Below, in pieces: positions 42,045 to 51,669 of a stretch of DNA of 64,000 bases; the first letter of the stretch is position 1, and each line of letters opens with the position of its first letter. The stretch is from positions 76,138-140,137 of the forward strand of contig JBBECT010000005.1 of the NCBI GenBank assembly GCA_040881665.1, given 5' to 3'. Below the pieces are notes generated by a model, which was given only the letters and a program-made list of their open reading frames with translations, did not search any database and was not told the origin of the DNA. This stretch comes from Actinomycetota bacterium. GTDB taxonomy: Bacteria > Actinomycetota > UBA4738 > HRBIN12. A program made the translations under genes and the position numbers.

Positions 42045-42409
42045 AGGGGTCGTCGTCCCCGGTACCCGGACTCCGGCGGATGCCAGAAGCCGACGCGCTG
42101 CTCGTCGGAGCGCCAGCACAGGAACCCGGCGCGACCCTGCACCTCGGCCGGGAAGTCAACGAGACCGTTCTCCGGATCCCGGAGCAGCACACCCTCGGCC
42201 GCGAGGTGCTCGACCTCACGTCGCAGCGTCGTGATCGCCTCGTAGAACGCGCTGCCCTCGGTCCCTCCGCCGTCTCCGGCGACGCGTTCGCGCACCAGCT
42301 CTCCGTGTTCGATCACGACCGTTCGCGCCGCCTTGATCCGCTCGAGCCGAGGCCGAAGATCGTCGATCGCGGCGTTCGCCTCGTCGGGGGTGAACAGCCG
42401 CTCGCTCAT
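42041..42409 (-). CDS. Small conserved hypothetical protein (122 aa; DUF2203-like)
   Basis: Real C-terminal portion of the junk-extended ORF 42041..43135, from ATG MSERLFTPDEANAAIDDLRPRLE.... The ATG overlaps the HAD stop (ATGA). Confidence 0.45.
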   Translation of the reverse strand: MSERLFTPDEANAAIDDLRPRLERIKAARTVVIEHGELVRERVAGDGGGTEGSAFYEAITTLRREVEHLAAEGVLLRDPENGLVDFPAEVQGRAGFLCWRSDEQRVGFWHPPESGYRGRRPL

Positions 42410-43107
42410 GCGAGCCCGATCGCGAGCGGCAGATCGGCCATCGACGCGATCCGCGCCGAAGCGGCATCGGGGTAGCGGCCGCGCCGGTCGATCAAGACCG
42501 GGAACATGCCGAGCTCGCGCGCCGGCTCCACGTCGAAGGCCGGGCTGTCTCCGACGTAGACCGTCTCCTCCGGCCGGACCCCGGCTCGCTCGAGCGCGAG
42601 CCGGAAGATCGCGGGGTCCGGCTTCTCCACACCTTCGATCCCGGAGATCACGCGCACGTCGAAGAACCCCGCCACCCCGAGCATCTCCAGCAGCCGCTCG
42701 AGCCACTCCTCGAAGTTCGAGATGACCCCCAACACGATCCCGGTGGGCCGCAACCGTTCGAGGATCGGCACCACGTCGTCGAACAACGCGTAATTCGACA
42801 GGTCGGTGAACTCTCGATACAAGGTGTCGTGGAGGCCGTTCGCGGCCGGGATACCGAGCTGGTCGAGGAACGCCTCGTACACCGAGTGCCAGAACGCACG
42901 GGAGCGGCCGGCCGTGGTGGTCCACAAATCGTTGTCCGCGGCCGCCGCCGCGAAGCGGTCGACGATCACGTGGACGTTGTCGTGCACCTGTCGCTCGGAG
43001 ACCTCGATCCCCTCGCTCCGCAGGACACTCGCGAACAGGTCCGGGAACGACGGATGCGGGTGCACCAGGGTCTCGCCCGCGTCGAAGAACACCGCTCGGT
43101 AGGTCAC
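42406..43107 (-). CDS. HAD-superfamily hydrolase (subfamily IA)
   Basis: 233 aa. DxD motif near the N-terminus (FFDAGETL) and GDS..D near the C-terminus. Confidence 0.7.
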   Translation of the reverse strand: MTYRAVFFDAGETLVHPHPSFPDLFASVLRSEGIEVSERQVHDNVHVIVDRFAAAAADNDLWTTTAGRSRAFWHSVYEAFLDQLGIPAANGLHDTLYREFTDLSNYALFDDVVPILERLRPTGIVLGVISNFEEWLERLLEMLGVAGFFDVRVISGIEGVEKPDPAIFRLALERAGVRPEETVYVGDSPAFDVEPARELGMFPVLIDRRGRYPDAASARIASMADLPLAIGLA

Positions 43108-43131
43108 GAAGCGATGATAGCGGCGGAAGCG

Positions 43132-43740
43132 TCACACCTCGGTCGCGGCTCGTACCTGCAGGTCCCGCCAGAGGCGCTCGACCTGTCGCTCGAGTTCGTG
43201 GAGCGTGCCGCCGTTGTCCAGCACGACGTCGGCCTGTTCGGCCTTGTCCTCGAGCGGGAGCTGCACTGCCAGTCGCCGTCGGACGTCCTCCTCGGCGAAC
43301 CCGCGTGACTCGACCATGCGCCGCACCTGGATCTGGTCAGGTGCCGTCACGACGACGAGCAGATCGACGTCGTCGTGCTGCTCCATCTCGATCAGCAGCG
43401 GCGAGTCGATCACCACGATCGCGTCGGAGTCGCGATGGGCCGCTGCCCCCGAGGCGATCGCCTCCCGAACCACGGGATGCACGATACTCTCCAACTCGCG
43501 CAGCCTGACCGGGTCGGAGAACACCTGCGCGGCGAGTCCGGCACGATCGAGGCTGCCGTCCGCGGTCCGCAGCCCCTCCCCGAAGCGCTCGAGCACCTGG
43601 TCGAACCCCGGGGTTCCCGGCGCGAGTGCCTCGCGGGAGAACGCGTCCGCGTCCAGGACCACCGCGCCCCGCTCGACGAGCATGCGGGCAACGGTCGACT
43701 TCCCGGAACCGATCCCGCCGGTAAGGCCGACGAGCAACAT
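43132..43740 (-). CDS. coaE: Dephospho-CoA kinase
   Basis: 202 aa. GLTGGIGSGKST P-loop at the N-terminus. Conserved position upstream of rpsA. Confidence 0.85.
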   Translation of the reverse strand: MLLVGLTGGIGSGKSTVARMLVERGAVVLDADAFSREALAPGTPGFDQVLERFGEGLRTADGSLDRAGLAAQVFSDPVRLRELESIVHPVVREAIASGAAAHRDSDAIVVIDSPLLIEMEQHDDVDLLVVVTAPDQIQVRRMVESRGFAEEDVRRRLAVQLPLEDKAEQADVVLDNGGTLHELERQVERLWRDLQVRAATEV

Positions 43741-43755
43741 CGTGGTGGCCCGTCG

Positions 43756-45219
43756 TCAGTCGGAGCGGCCTTCGCGCCGCTTCAGATCTTGGAGGATCGA
43801 CTCCAGGGAGACGTCGGCCTCGGTGGGGCTCGGCTCGGGACGCGAGTCGGGGGGTTTGGTGGCCGGCTCCGACGCTGGGGGCGCCTCCGGCTTCGCGGGG
43901 GGTGCGGTGGGTTCCGCGGGGGGTGCGGTGGGTTCCGCGGGTGCTGGAGCCGAGGCGCTTTCCTCCGGCGAACTCTCCTCGGCCGAGGGGCTCTCGTCCG
44001 CCGCCCCGTCGGTCGCGGCTTCCGTGTCGTCGATGGCGGTGTCGGTGTCGGTCTCGGTGGCAGCCGGAGAGGGCTCACCGGCCGGGTCGCCGGTCTCCTC
44101 CTCGATCTCGGTCTCCGCGACCGCGACCGGCTGGCCGCCGACCTGGCGCATCGACAGACTCACGCGCCGGCGCTGTACGTCGACATCGATCACCTTGACC
44201 CGGACCTGGTCGCCGACCGACAGAACCGCCTCTGGAGACTCGACGTGGCCCTCCGCGAGTTCGGAGATGTGCACCAGACCTTCGATCCCGTTCGCGACGC
44301 GGATGAACGCGCCGAAGGGCACGAGCTTGGTGACCTGACCGTCGATGATCTCCCCGGCCTCGTTCGTCCGTTCGAACTCCTTCCAGGGGTCCTCCTGGGT
44401 GGCCTTGAGCGAGAGGGAGACCCGCTCGCGATCGAGATCGACGTCCAGGACCTCGACCTCGACCTCCTCGCCAACCTGGACAACCTCGCTGGGATGGTCC
44501 ACGTGCTTCCAGGACAGCTCGGAGACGTGGACGAGCCCGTCGACGCCGCCGAGATCGACGAACGCACCGAAGTTCACGATCGAGCTCACCGTTCCCTTCC
44601 GACGTTCGTTCTTCTGGAGGGACTCGAGGAACTTCTTGCGCCCCTCGCTCTGCGACTCCTCGAGGAAGGCGCGGCGCGACAGGACGACGTTGTTGCGGTT
44701 GCGATCGAGCTCGATGATCTTGCACTCGAGCTCGGTACCGACGAACGGATGCAGGTCACGCACGCGGCGAAGGTCCACGAGCGACGCGGGAAGGAACCCG
44801 CGCAGACCGATGTCGAGGATCAGGCCGCCCTTGACCACCTCGATCACCGGGCCGGTGATCGTCTCGCCGGACTTCATGACCGCTTCGATCCTGCCCCATG
44901 CGCGTTCGTACTGGGCACGTTTCTTCGAGAGGATCAGGCGGCCCTCTTTGTCCTCCTTCTGGAGCACGAGGGCCTCGATCTCGTCCCCGACCTTGACGAC
45001 CTCGTTCGGGTCGACGTCGTGACGGATCGACAACTCCTTGGAGGGGATGACCCCCTCGGACTTGTAGCCGATGTCGAGCAAGACCTCGTCACGGTCGATC
45101 TTGACGACGACGCCGTCGACGATGTCCCCGTCCTTGAAGTCCCGGAAGCTCGCTTCCATCGCCTGGATGAGCTCTTCGGGTGTGTAGTCGCGATCCTCCG
45201 GTACCGCCGGCGCCTGCAT
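43756..45219 (-). CDS. rpsA: 30S ribosomal protein S1, with an acidic Pro-rich C-terminal tail
   Basis: 487 aa. Four S1 domains, then a roughly 110-aa low-complexity tail (PTAPPAEPTAPPAKPEAPPASEP...). Confidence 0.9.
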   Translation of the reverse strand: MQAPAVPEDRDYTPEELIQAMEASFRDFKDGDIVDGVVVKIDRDEVLLDIGYKSEGVIPSKELSIRHDVDPNEVVKVGDEIEALVLQKEDKEGRLILSKKRAQYERAWGRIEAVMKSGETITGPVIEVVKGGLILDIGLRGFLPASLVDLRRVRDLHPFVGTELECKIIELDRNRNNVVLSRRAFLEESQSEGRKKFLESLQKNERRKGTVSSIVNFGAFVDLGGVDGLVHVSELSWKHVDHPSEVVQVGEEVEVEVLDVDLDRERVSLSLKATQEDPWKEFERTNEAGEIIDGQVTKLVPFGAFIRVANGIEGLVHISELAEGHVESPEAVLSVGDQVRVKVIDVDVQRRRVSLSMRQVGGQPVAVAETEIEEETGDPAGEPSPAATETDTDTAIDDTEAATDGAADESPSAEESSPEESASAPAPAEPTAPPAEPTAPPAKPEAPPASEPATKPPDSRPEPSPTEADVSLESILQDLKRREGRSD

Positions 45220-45482
45220 TGCCGGCGTGCCTGGTTCCTGTCCCTCGATGTCCGATCAGCCCCTTCCTGCACACACGGTCTCGCCCCCTCGGCAGGTGTG
45301 GAGCCGCAACGGAGAGGGCGAGGTGGTCGTGCGGCTCAGAGATGGTAGTCGGGCGCCGGAAGCGCCGTCAACGCGCGTGGGAGCCGAAACCGCAGGTCAA
45401 CGGCGGTCGCTCCCCGATCGGACGCGGGGGCGCGCTCGTGCCCCACCGTTCGCACGAAGTCCCGCGTGCTCCCGGACCGTCT

Positions 45483-48200
45483 TCAGTGCCCCGCGGGAGC
45501 AGCTTCCTCCCAGGTCGGCCCCCATCCGATGTCCGCGCGAAGGGGGACGTTCAGGTCGGTGGCAGCCTCCATCTCCCGCTTCACGAGCGCGGCGGCCTCC
45601 TCGACCTCGTCGGCGCCGACCTCGAAGACGAGCTCGTCGTGCACCGTCAGAAGCATGCGCACATCGAGATCGTCCCTCGACTCGAGGGCGCGGTCGACCC
45701 GGATCATCGCGAGCTTGAACACGTCGCTCGCTCCGCCCTGGATCGGGGCGTTGAGGGCCATCCGCCGACCGAGGTCGCGCAGACGAGGGTTCGCGGCTTG
45801 GAGCTCGGGGATGTAGCGCCTGCGGCCGAGCATCGTCTCGGTGTAGCCGTCGGCCGCTGCCCTGGTCACCTGCTTGTCGAGGTACTCCTTGATCGAGGGG
45901 AAGCTGGCGAAGTACGCGTCCATGATCTCGGTCGCCTCGTCCGGCGTGATCCCGAGCCGGGACGCGAGTCCCCATGCGTTCATCCCGTAGGCGAGGCCGT
46001 AGTTGACCATCTTCGCCCGCGAGCGCAACGACGGGTCCACGGCGTCCTCGGGGAGATCGAAGACGCGCGCCGCGGTCGCGGTATGGATGTCCGCGTCGCT
46101 CTCGAACGCGCTGCGCAGCCCCTCGTCGCCGGTCAGGTGCGCGAGGATCCGCAGCTCGATCTGTGAGTAGTCCGCGACGAGCAGCACCTGCCCCGGCTCG
46201 CCCGGAACGAACGCTCGGCGGATCTGGCGGCCGAGCTCGGATCGAACGGGGATGTTCTGCAGGTTGGGATCCGACGAGGACAGCCGGCCGGTCGCGGCCC
46301 CGGTCTGATTGAAGATCGTGTGCACGCGTCCGTCGCGCGGGTCGACCTCGCGCGGCAGCGCCTCGAGGTAGGTGGAGTTGAGCTTGTCGAGCTCGCGCCA
46401 CTGCAACAGGGCGTCGACGATCGGATGCTCGTCGCGCAGCTTCTCGAGAACGCTGGCGTCGGTCGAGAGTTGCCCCTTCGGGGTCTTCTTCCCCGGCTGC
46501 AGACCGAGCTCGTCGTAGAGCACCTCGCGCAGCTGGGGCGGTGAGTTCAGATTGAACTCTCGTCCCGCGTGTTCGAAGACCTCCGCCCGGAGGGTTGCCA
46601 TGCGGTCGCGTACCCCCTCGGCCATCTCCTCGAGATAGGGCACGTCGAGCTTGACCCCCCGCGCCTGCATCCGCGCCAGGACGGTCGAGAGGGGGAGTTC
46701 GACGTCGACGAGCAAGGGTCGAAGACCGGCACGCTCGACCCGCTGCTCCATCTCCGGTGCGAGCAGCGCGATCGCCGCTGCCTCGGCGGCGGGTCTTCGC
46801 CACCCGTCCTCGGAGAAGAGCTGGCCGCTCGCTCCCGGGCCTCCGTCGTCGTCGATCGGCGAGAGCAGATCGGTCCCGAGGTACCGCTCGGTCATCAACG
46901 CGAGCGGATAGGTCCCCTCGGCCGGATCCAGCAGGTACCCCGCCAACATCGTGTCGAACGCCACGCCGCCGAGGGTTCCCCCGGACGCGAGGATCGTCGT
47001 CTCCGCCTGTTTCGCATCGTGGAGCCATTTCGCCGAGCTCGCGTCACCGAGCGCGGCGCCGGAACGACCGAGGTCGTCCTGCGCGCTGTATGCGGCCTGC
47101 CCACCACCGACCGAGACGGCGATACCGAGCAGGTTCGGCCCCGATCCGTCGATCTTCACCGCCTTCGGCTGCATCGCCTCGAGCAGCGTCGCGACCTCGT
47201 CCGCGCCCGCGTGCCGAAGGTCGAGCTCCGCGACTTCGACCTTGGGCTTCGCGCCGTGTCCGATCTCTTCGAGCCGCTCGAGGAGGGAACGGAACTCCAG
47301 AGAGGTGAAGAGCCTGCGAACCTCGTCGAGGTCCCACTCCCCCATGCGGCAGTCGCCCGGTTCGAGCTCGAGGTCGAGGTCGGTGACGATCCGGGCGAGG
47401 TCCTTGTTGAGCGTGAGCCGATCGAGCGACGCTTCGACGTTCTCCTTCTGCTTCCCCTTGAGCTCGACCGTGCGACCGGCGAGCTCCTCCACCGACCCGA
47501 AGGTCTGGATCAGCTTGGAGGCCGTCTTGTCACCCACGCCGGGCACTCCGATGATGTTGTCGCTCGGGTCCCCCTTCAAGGCGACGAAGTCCAGGTACTT
47601 CGAGGGCGGCAGCCCGTAGCGCTCGTCGACCGCGGCTTCGTCGTACCGCACGATGTCGCTGATCCCCTTCCGATTGAACATCACGTTGAGACCGGGTCGG
47701 ACGAGCTGGAAGAAGTCCCGATCCGCGGTGACGATCGTGACGTCGATCCCTTGCTCGACCGCCCGTAAGGCGAGCGAGCCGATCGTGTCGTCGGCTTCGT
47801 GACCGTCGTCCGACCCGATGACCGGGACCGCCAGCGTTTCGAGCACCTCGTCGATCAAGCCGAGCTGCTCGCGGAACTCGTTCGGCGTCTCCGCGCGTCC
47901 AGCCTTGTAGTCCGCGTACTTCTCGAGGCGAACGGTGGGTGCGCCGCGGTCGAACGCCACCGCGATCAGATCGGGCCGTTCCTCGGTGAGCAGCTTGATC
48001 AGCATCGATGTGAACCCGTACACCGCGTTCGTGATCTGCCCGGTGCTCGTCGCGAGCGTCGTGGGGAGCGCGAAGAACGCGCGGTAGGCCAGGCTGTGGC
48101 CGTCGAGGAGGAAGAGTCGCTGCGGCTCGTCGGCGCCGGCGATCGTGCCGGAGGCGGAGGAGGAGCTCACACGATCGATACTAGCCGTCCGCCGCCACAC
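45483..48200 (-). CDS. polA: DNA polymerase I
   Basis: 905 aa. 5'-3' exonuclease N-terminus (LLDGHSLAYRAFFAL), a 3'-5' exo-like middle, and a polymerase domain (DYSQIELR, HDE). The start (48200, GTG) overlaps the upstream kinase stop by about 20 nt, so the exact start is uncertain. Confidence 0.9.
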   Translation of the reverse strand: MWRRTASIDRVSSSSASGTIAGADEPQRLFLLDGHSLAYRAFFALPTTLATSTGQITNAVYGFTSMLIKLLTEERPDLIAVAFDRGAPTVRLEKYADYKAGRAETPNEFREQLGLIDEVLETLAVPVIGSDDGHEADDTIGSLALRAVEQGIDVTIVTADRDFFQLVRPGLNVMFNRKGISDIVRYDEAAVDERYGLPPSKYLDFVALKGDPSDNIIGVPGVGDKTASKLIQTFGSVEELAGRTVELKGKQKENVEASLDRLTLNKDLARIVTDLDLELEPGDCRMGEWDLDEVRRLFTSLEFRSLLERLEEIGHGAKPKVEVAELDLRHAGADEVATLLEAMQPKAVKIDGSGPNLLGIAVSVGGGQAAYSAQDDLGRSGAALGDASSAKWLHDAKQAETTILASGGTLGGVAFDTMLAGYLLDPAEGTYPLALMTERYLGTDLLSPIDDDGGPGASGQLFSEDGWRRPAAEAAAIALLAPEMEQRVERAGLRPLLVDVELPLSTVLARMQARGVKLDVPYLEEMAEGVRDRMATLRAEVFEHAGREFNLNSPPQLREVLYDELGLQPGKKTPKGQLSTDASVLEKLRDEHPIVDALLQWRELDKLNSTYLEALPREVDPRDGRVHTIFNQTGAATGRLSSSDPNLQNIPVRSELGRQIRRAFVPGEPGQVLLVADYSQIELRILAHLTGDEGLRSAFESDADIHTATAARVFDLPEDAVDPSLRSRAKMVNYGLAYGMNAWGLASRLGITPDEATEIMDAYFASFPSIKEYLDKQVTRAAADGYTETMLGRRRYIPELQAANPRLRDLGRRMALNAPIQGGASDVFKLAMIRVDRALESRDDLDVRMLLTVHDELVFEVGADEVEEAAALVKREMEAATDLNVPLRADIGWGPTWEEAAPAGH

Positions 48201-49692
48201 CGCCGCGGCCCTCGGAGCGCGGCGGGTCGGTAGCGGGGACGGGCAGCCTCGCCCGCACCCTGCATCCGCGACCGGGGGAGGACTCGATCTCCAGCCGTCC
48301 GCCCGCCTGCTCTGCGCGCTCGCGCATCGCGATCAAACCGATGTGTCCCGGGCGAACCGCGACGTCCGATCTCGGGTCGAACCCGCGTCCGTCGTCGCGC
48401 ACCTGGAGTTCGACCTCGCCGTCCCGCCAGCCGATCGCTACCTCCACGTGTCGTGCATCAGCGTGCCGGCGCGCGTTCGTGAGGGCCTCCTGTGCGATCC
48501 GATACGCGACGGCGAGGACATCGGTCGGCGGGGCGGGACTCCCGAGTTCGTCGCGCACCTCGAAGCTCCACCCGTCTTCATCGTCGGTCCGCTCGAGATA
48601 CTCCTGGAGCGCGGACCCGATGCCACCCTGCTCCAACGCGTGGGGCCGCAGCTCGAACAGCAACCGGCGGAGCCGATCGATCGCCTGCTGGACCGACGTC
48701 GCGAGTCGTTCGAGCTCCTCGCGATGCGCCCGATCTTGTGCGTGACCGGCGAAGGTACCGAGGCGGATCCCCACCGCGGTCATCACCTGGAGCGAATCGT
48801 CGTGGATGTCGGCCGCGATCCGCCGACGCTCCTCCTCTTGCACTTCGACGAGGCGTTCGAGGAACTGCTGCCGCTCTTCGCGAAGCAGTACCTGTTCGGT
48901 GACATCCTGCGTGAACCCGACGATACGGCGGATCGTCCCGTCCTCGTCTCGCTCCGGTCGGCCCTCCGCATGGACGTACCGCACCTCGCCCTCGGGACCG
49001 AGGATCCGGTAGTCCAACGAGCCCGACTCCCCCGCGAGGGCTCTGGCGTTCGCCGCCTCGAGCAGCCCCATGTCGTCGGGATGCGTTCGCGCGAACGCGT
49101 CGGCCACGTTCCCGCTGAAGGTTTCCGGGTCGTAGAAGAACAACCGGTACAGCTCGTCGGACCACCACAGTTCGTCGGTAGCGAGGTCCCAGGTCCAGCT
49201 GCCGACGTGGGCGATGCTCTGGGCGCGCGCGATGTCGGCCTCCTGTTGGAGACGGTGTTGCCGATCTGCTTCCAGCTCGGTCGCGTCGTGGAGCACGGCG
49301 AGGATGTGCGGGCCGTCGGGCAGATGCAGCAGCCGCATCGATGCGAGGCCGAGCTTGTCGTTGCCTACCGCGTCGCGCGCCCGCACCGGATAGTTACGGA
49401 CGAACCCTGTCGCACGAAGCTGCTCGATGATCGCGGCCCGGTCCTCGGGATCCGCCCACGCATCGTCGGTGGAGTTCCGCGCGAGCACCTCCTCCCGTGG
49501 GAAGCCGACGAGGGAGCAGAAGGCCTCGTTCACCGCGACGTATCGACCGTCGGAGACCCGGGTGAGGATGACCGGTGTCGGCACGAGCTCGAGCAGCTCG
49601 TCCGCCAGCGCATCCGAGAAACCACGGACCGCCGGCCCGTTCGCACCCGACGGGCGCGGGGCGTCCTCTGGCCGCCGCTCACTCATGTTCAT
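48181..49692 (-). CDS. Cytoplasmic sensor histidine kinase with tandem PAS domains, HisKA_3 and HATPase_c (NarL/LuxR-partner type), orphan
   Basis: 503 aa, no TM. Two PAS-like blocks, the HisKA_3 H-box (ADIHDDSLQ), and N/G-box ATPase motifs. No response regulator adjacent. Confidence 0.75.
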   Translation of the reverse strand: MNMSERRPEDAPRPSGANGPAVRGFSDALADELLELVPTPVILTRVSDGRYVAVNEAFCSLVGFPREEVLARNSTDDAWADPEDRAAIIEQLRATGFVRNYPVRARDAVGNDKLGLASMRLLHLPDGPHILAVLHDATELEADRQHRLQQEADIARAQSIAHVGSWTWDLATDELWWSDELYRLFFYDPETFSGNVADAFARTHPDDMGLLEAANARALAGESGSLDYRILGPEGEVRYVHAEGRPERDEDGTIRRIVGFTQDVTEQVLLREERQQFLERLVEVQEEERRRIAADIHDDSLQVMTAVGIRLGTFAGHAQDRAHREELERLATSVQQAIDRLRRLLFELRPHALEQGGIGSALQEYLERTDDEDGWSFEVRDELGSPAPPTDVLAVAYRIAQEALTNARRHADARHVEVAIGWRDGEVELQVRDDGRGFDPRSDVAVRPGHIGLIAMRERAEQAGGRLEIESSPGRGCRVRARLPVPATDPPRSEGRGGVAADG

Positions 49693-49808
49693 CGGACCTT
49701 CCTCGATCGACCTCCCGGTACCCGAACCCTACCGGCGGGACGGGGAGCCTGCGACGACCTCGAGCACCGGCCGGGGGCGGCGCTGCGCATCCTGGCTACG
49801 ATGTGCGG

Positions 49809-50474
49809 ATGCAGAAGGACTCGCATCCCCACGCCGCCGCGGAATACCTCGAGGCGCTGTACGAGATGGCCGAGGAGAGCATCCCCACCGTGCAGGCCCG
49901 CCTCGCCGACTGGATGGGCGTGTCCCGAGCCTCCGTGTCCGAGGCCGTCAAGCGGTTGACCCGCGACGGACTCGTGGCGACGAACGGGCGCGAACTCACG
50001 TTCACGCCCGAGGGAGAGGCGCTCGCGCGCGTGCTCGTTCGCCGGCACCGTCTCGCCGAGCATTTCCTGATCCGGATCATCGGGCTCCCGTGGCACAAGG
50101 CGCACGAGGAGGCCGAGCGCTGGGAACGGGTCATCTCCGACGACGTCGAAGCGCGGATGGTCGAATTGCTGAACGATCCCGGAGCGTGTCCGCACGGCAA
50201 CCCGATCCCGGGATCGGCCAACGAAGTCGACTACGAGAACCTCGTCGCACTGAAGGACGTTCCGAGCGGCGACACCGCGACCCTCCGCCGCCTGACCGAG
50301 GACCTCGAGCTCGAGCTCGAGGTGATGCGCTTCTTCGAGGAGTCCGGTCTGATGCCCGGCGCCACGATCGAGGTGCGATCGGTGGCGCCCGACGGGACGA
50401 TGTCCCTCCAGGTCGCCGGCGCGCCCGTCGCGCTCGGCTCACACCTGTCCGACAACCTCTGGGTCGAGCGCTAG
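49809..50474 (+). CDS. DtxR/IdeR-family metal-dependent transcriptional regulator with a C-terminal FeoA/SH3-like domain; metal-site residues look MntR-like
   Basis: Internal ATG (MQKDSHPHAAAEYLEALY...). Close to IdeR in the HRLAE...IGLPW...RWE..DVE..GNPIPG region, but the positions equivalent to IdeR Met10, Cys102 and His106 are Glu, Glu and Arg. Confidence 0.8.
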   Translation: MQKDSHPHAAAEYLEALYEMAEESIPTVQARLADWMGVSRASVSEAVKRLTRDGLVATNGRELTFTPEGEALARVLVRRHRLAEHFLIRIIGLPWHKAHEEAERWERVISDDVEARMVELLNDPGACPHGNPIPGSANEVDYENLVALKDVPSGDTATLRRLTEDLELELEVMRFFEESGLMPGATIEVRSVAPDGTMSLQVAGAPVALGSHLSDNLWVER

Positions 50475-50612
50475 CCACACTCCCGATCTGCGGGTCACAC
50501 GTCTGGGGTTGCCACGAATCCGATCTGATCAGTAGGATTTCGGTGCCCTGAACGGTTGGCGTTCGGGTGGCCTGACAAAGCAGGTCTCTCACCCGTACGG
50601 AAGGGGCCGAAC

Positions 50613-51665
50613 ATGTCCGGTACCGCCAAACGCCTGCTCCTCGCAGTCTGCCTGTCGGCGCTCGTCATCGCCGGCTGTTCGGATGGGTCCGACGACCGCC
50701 CCGACGCAGGCGCTGACACACGGGACGAACGTCCGACCCTCACCGTCTACACCGGTCGGGAGGAGGAGTTCGTCGCCGACCTGTTCGACGAGTTCACCGA
50801 GGAGACGGGGATCGAGACGGAGGTCCGGTACGGGGACTCGGCCGAGCTCGCGGCGACGCTGGTCGAAGAAGGAGACGCCTCACCGGCCGATGTCTTCTTC
50901 TCCCAGGACGCCGGCCCGCTCGGAGCCGTCGACGAGGCTGGACTCCTGGATCTGCTTCCCACCGAGATCCTCGACCGGGTCGACCCACGGTTCCGCGCGG
51001 ACGACGGCGATTGGGTGGGAACGTCGGGACGCGGCCGCGTGGCCGTGTACAACACCGAGACGGTCGATCCGAAGGACCTGCCGGATTCGATCTTCGGGTT
51101 CGCCGATCCCGAGTGGAAGGGCCGGCTCGGCATCGCCCCGACCAACTCGTCGTTCCAGGCCTTCGTCTCGGCGATGACCCTCACCGAGGGTGAGGAGACG
51201 ACTCGCAGATGGCTCGAGCAGATCATGGCCAACGACCCGACGTTCTACGAGGACAACGGTGCCACGACCCGTGCCGTCGCGGCCGGGGAGGTCGACGCCG
51301 GCCTCGTGAACCACTACTACAAGTACGAGGTGCAGGCCGAGGACGGCAAGCTGCCGATCGAGAACCACTACTTCGAAGCAGGAGACCCGGGAGCGATGAT
51401 CAACACGGCCGGCGTCGGGGTGCTTGTGTCATCTGATGCGCTCTCGGAGGCCGAGGCGTTCGTGGACTACCTCACCTCCCCCGCCGGGCAGGAGTACTTC
51501 GCGACTCGCACGTGGGAGTACCCGACGGTTCCCGGCAGCGGGGTCGAGCCGGTGGAGGGTCTGATCCCTCTCGAGCGTTTCCGCGGTCCCGACATCGATC
51601 TGTCGGATCTGGGCGCGCAGCTGCAGCCGACGCTCAACCTGCTCGCAGAGGTCGGGATGCTGTGA
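50613..51665 (+). CDS. ABC transporter substrate-binding lipoprotein, Fe(III)/thiamine (FbpA/AfuA/ThiB) family
   Basis: Internal ATG with a GGAAGGGG SD. Lipobox (LVIAGCSDGS). SBP_bac_1/6-like motifs (DVFFSQDAG, YNTE, VNHYY). Confidence 0.75.
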   Translation: MSGTAKRLLLAVCLSALVIAGCSDGSDDRPDAGADTRDERPTLTVYTGREEEFVADLFDEFTEETGIETEVRYGDSAELAATLVEEGDASPADVFFSQDAGPLGAVDEAGLLDLLPTEILDRVDPRFRADDGDWVGTSGRGRVAVYNTETVDPKDLPDSIFGFADPEWKGRLGIAPTNSSFQAFVSAMTLTEGEETTRRWLEQIMANDPTFYEDNGATTRAVAAGEVDAGLVNHYYKYEVQAEDGKLPIENHYFEAGDPGAMINTAGVGVLVSSDALSEAEAFVDYLTSPAGQEYFATRTWEYPTVPGSGVEPVEGLIPLERFRGPDIDLSDLGAQLQPTLNLLAEVGML

Positions 51666-51669
51666 CCGC

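Noticed and set aside
50475-50612. IdeR iron-box (TTAGGTTAGGCTAACCTAA-like) upstream of the FbpA-type transporter
   Set aside because: Not found. Only a short CTGATCAG palindrome is present. Regulation by the adjacent DtxR-family protein is therefore an open question, not something I assert.
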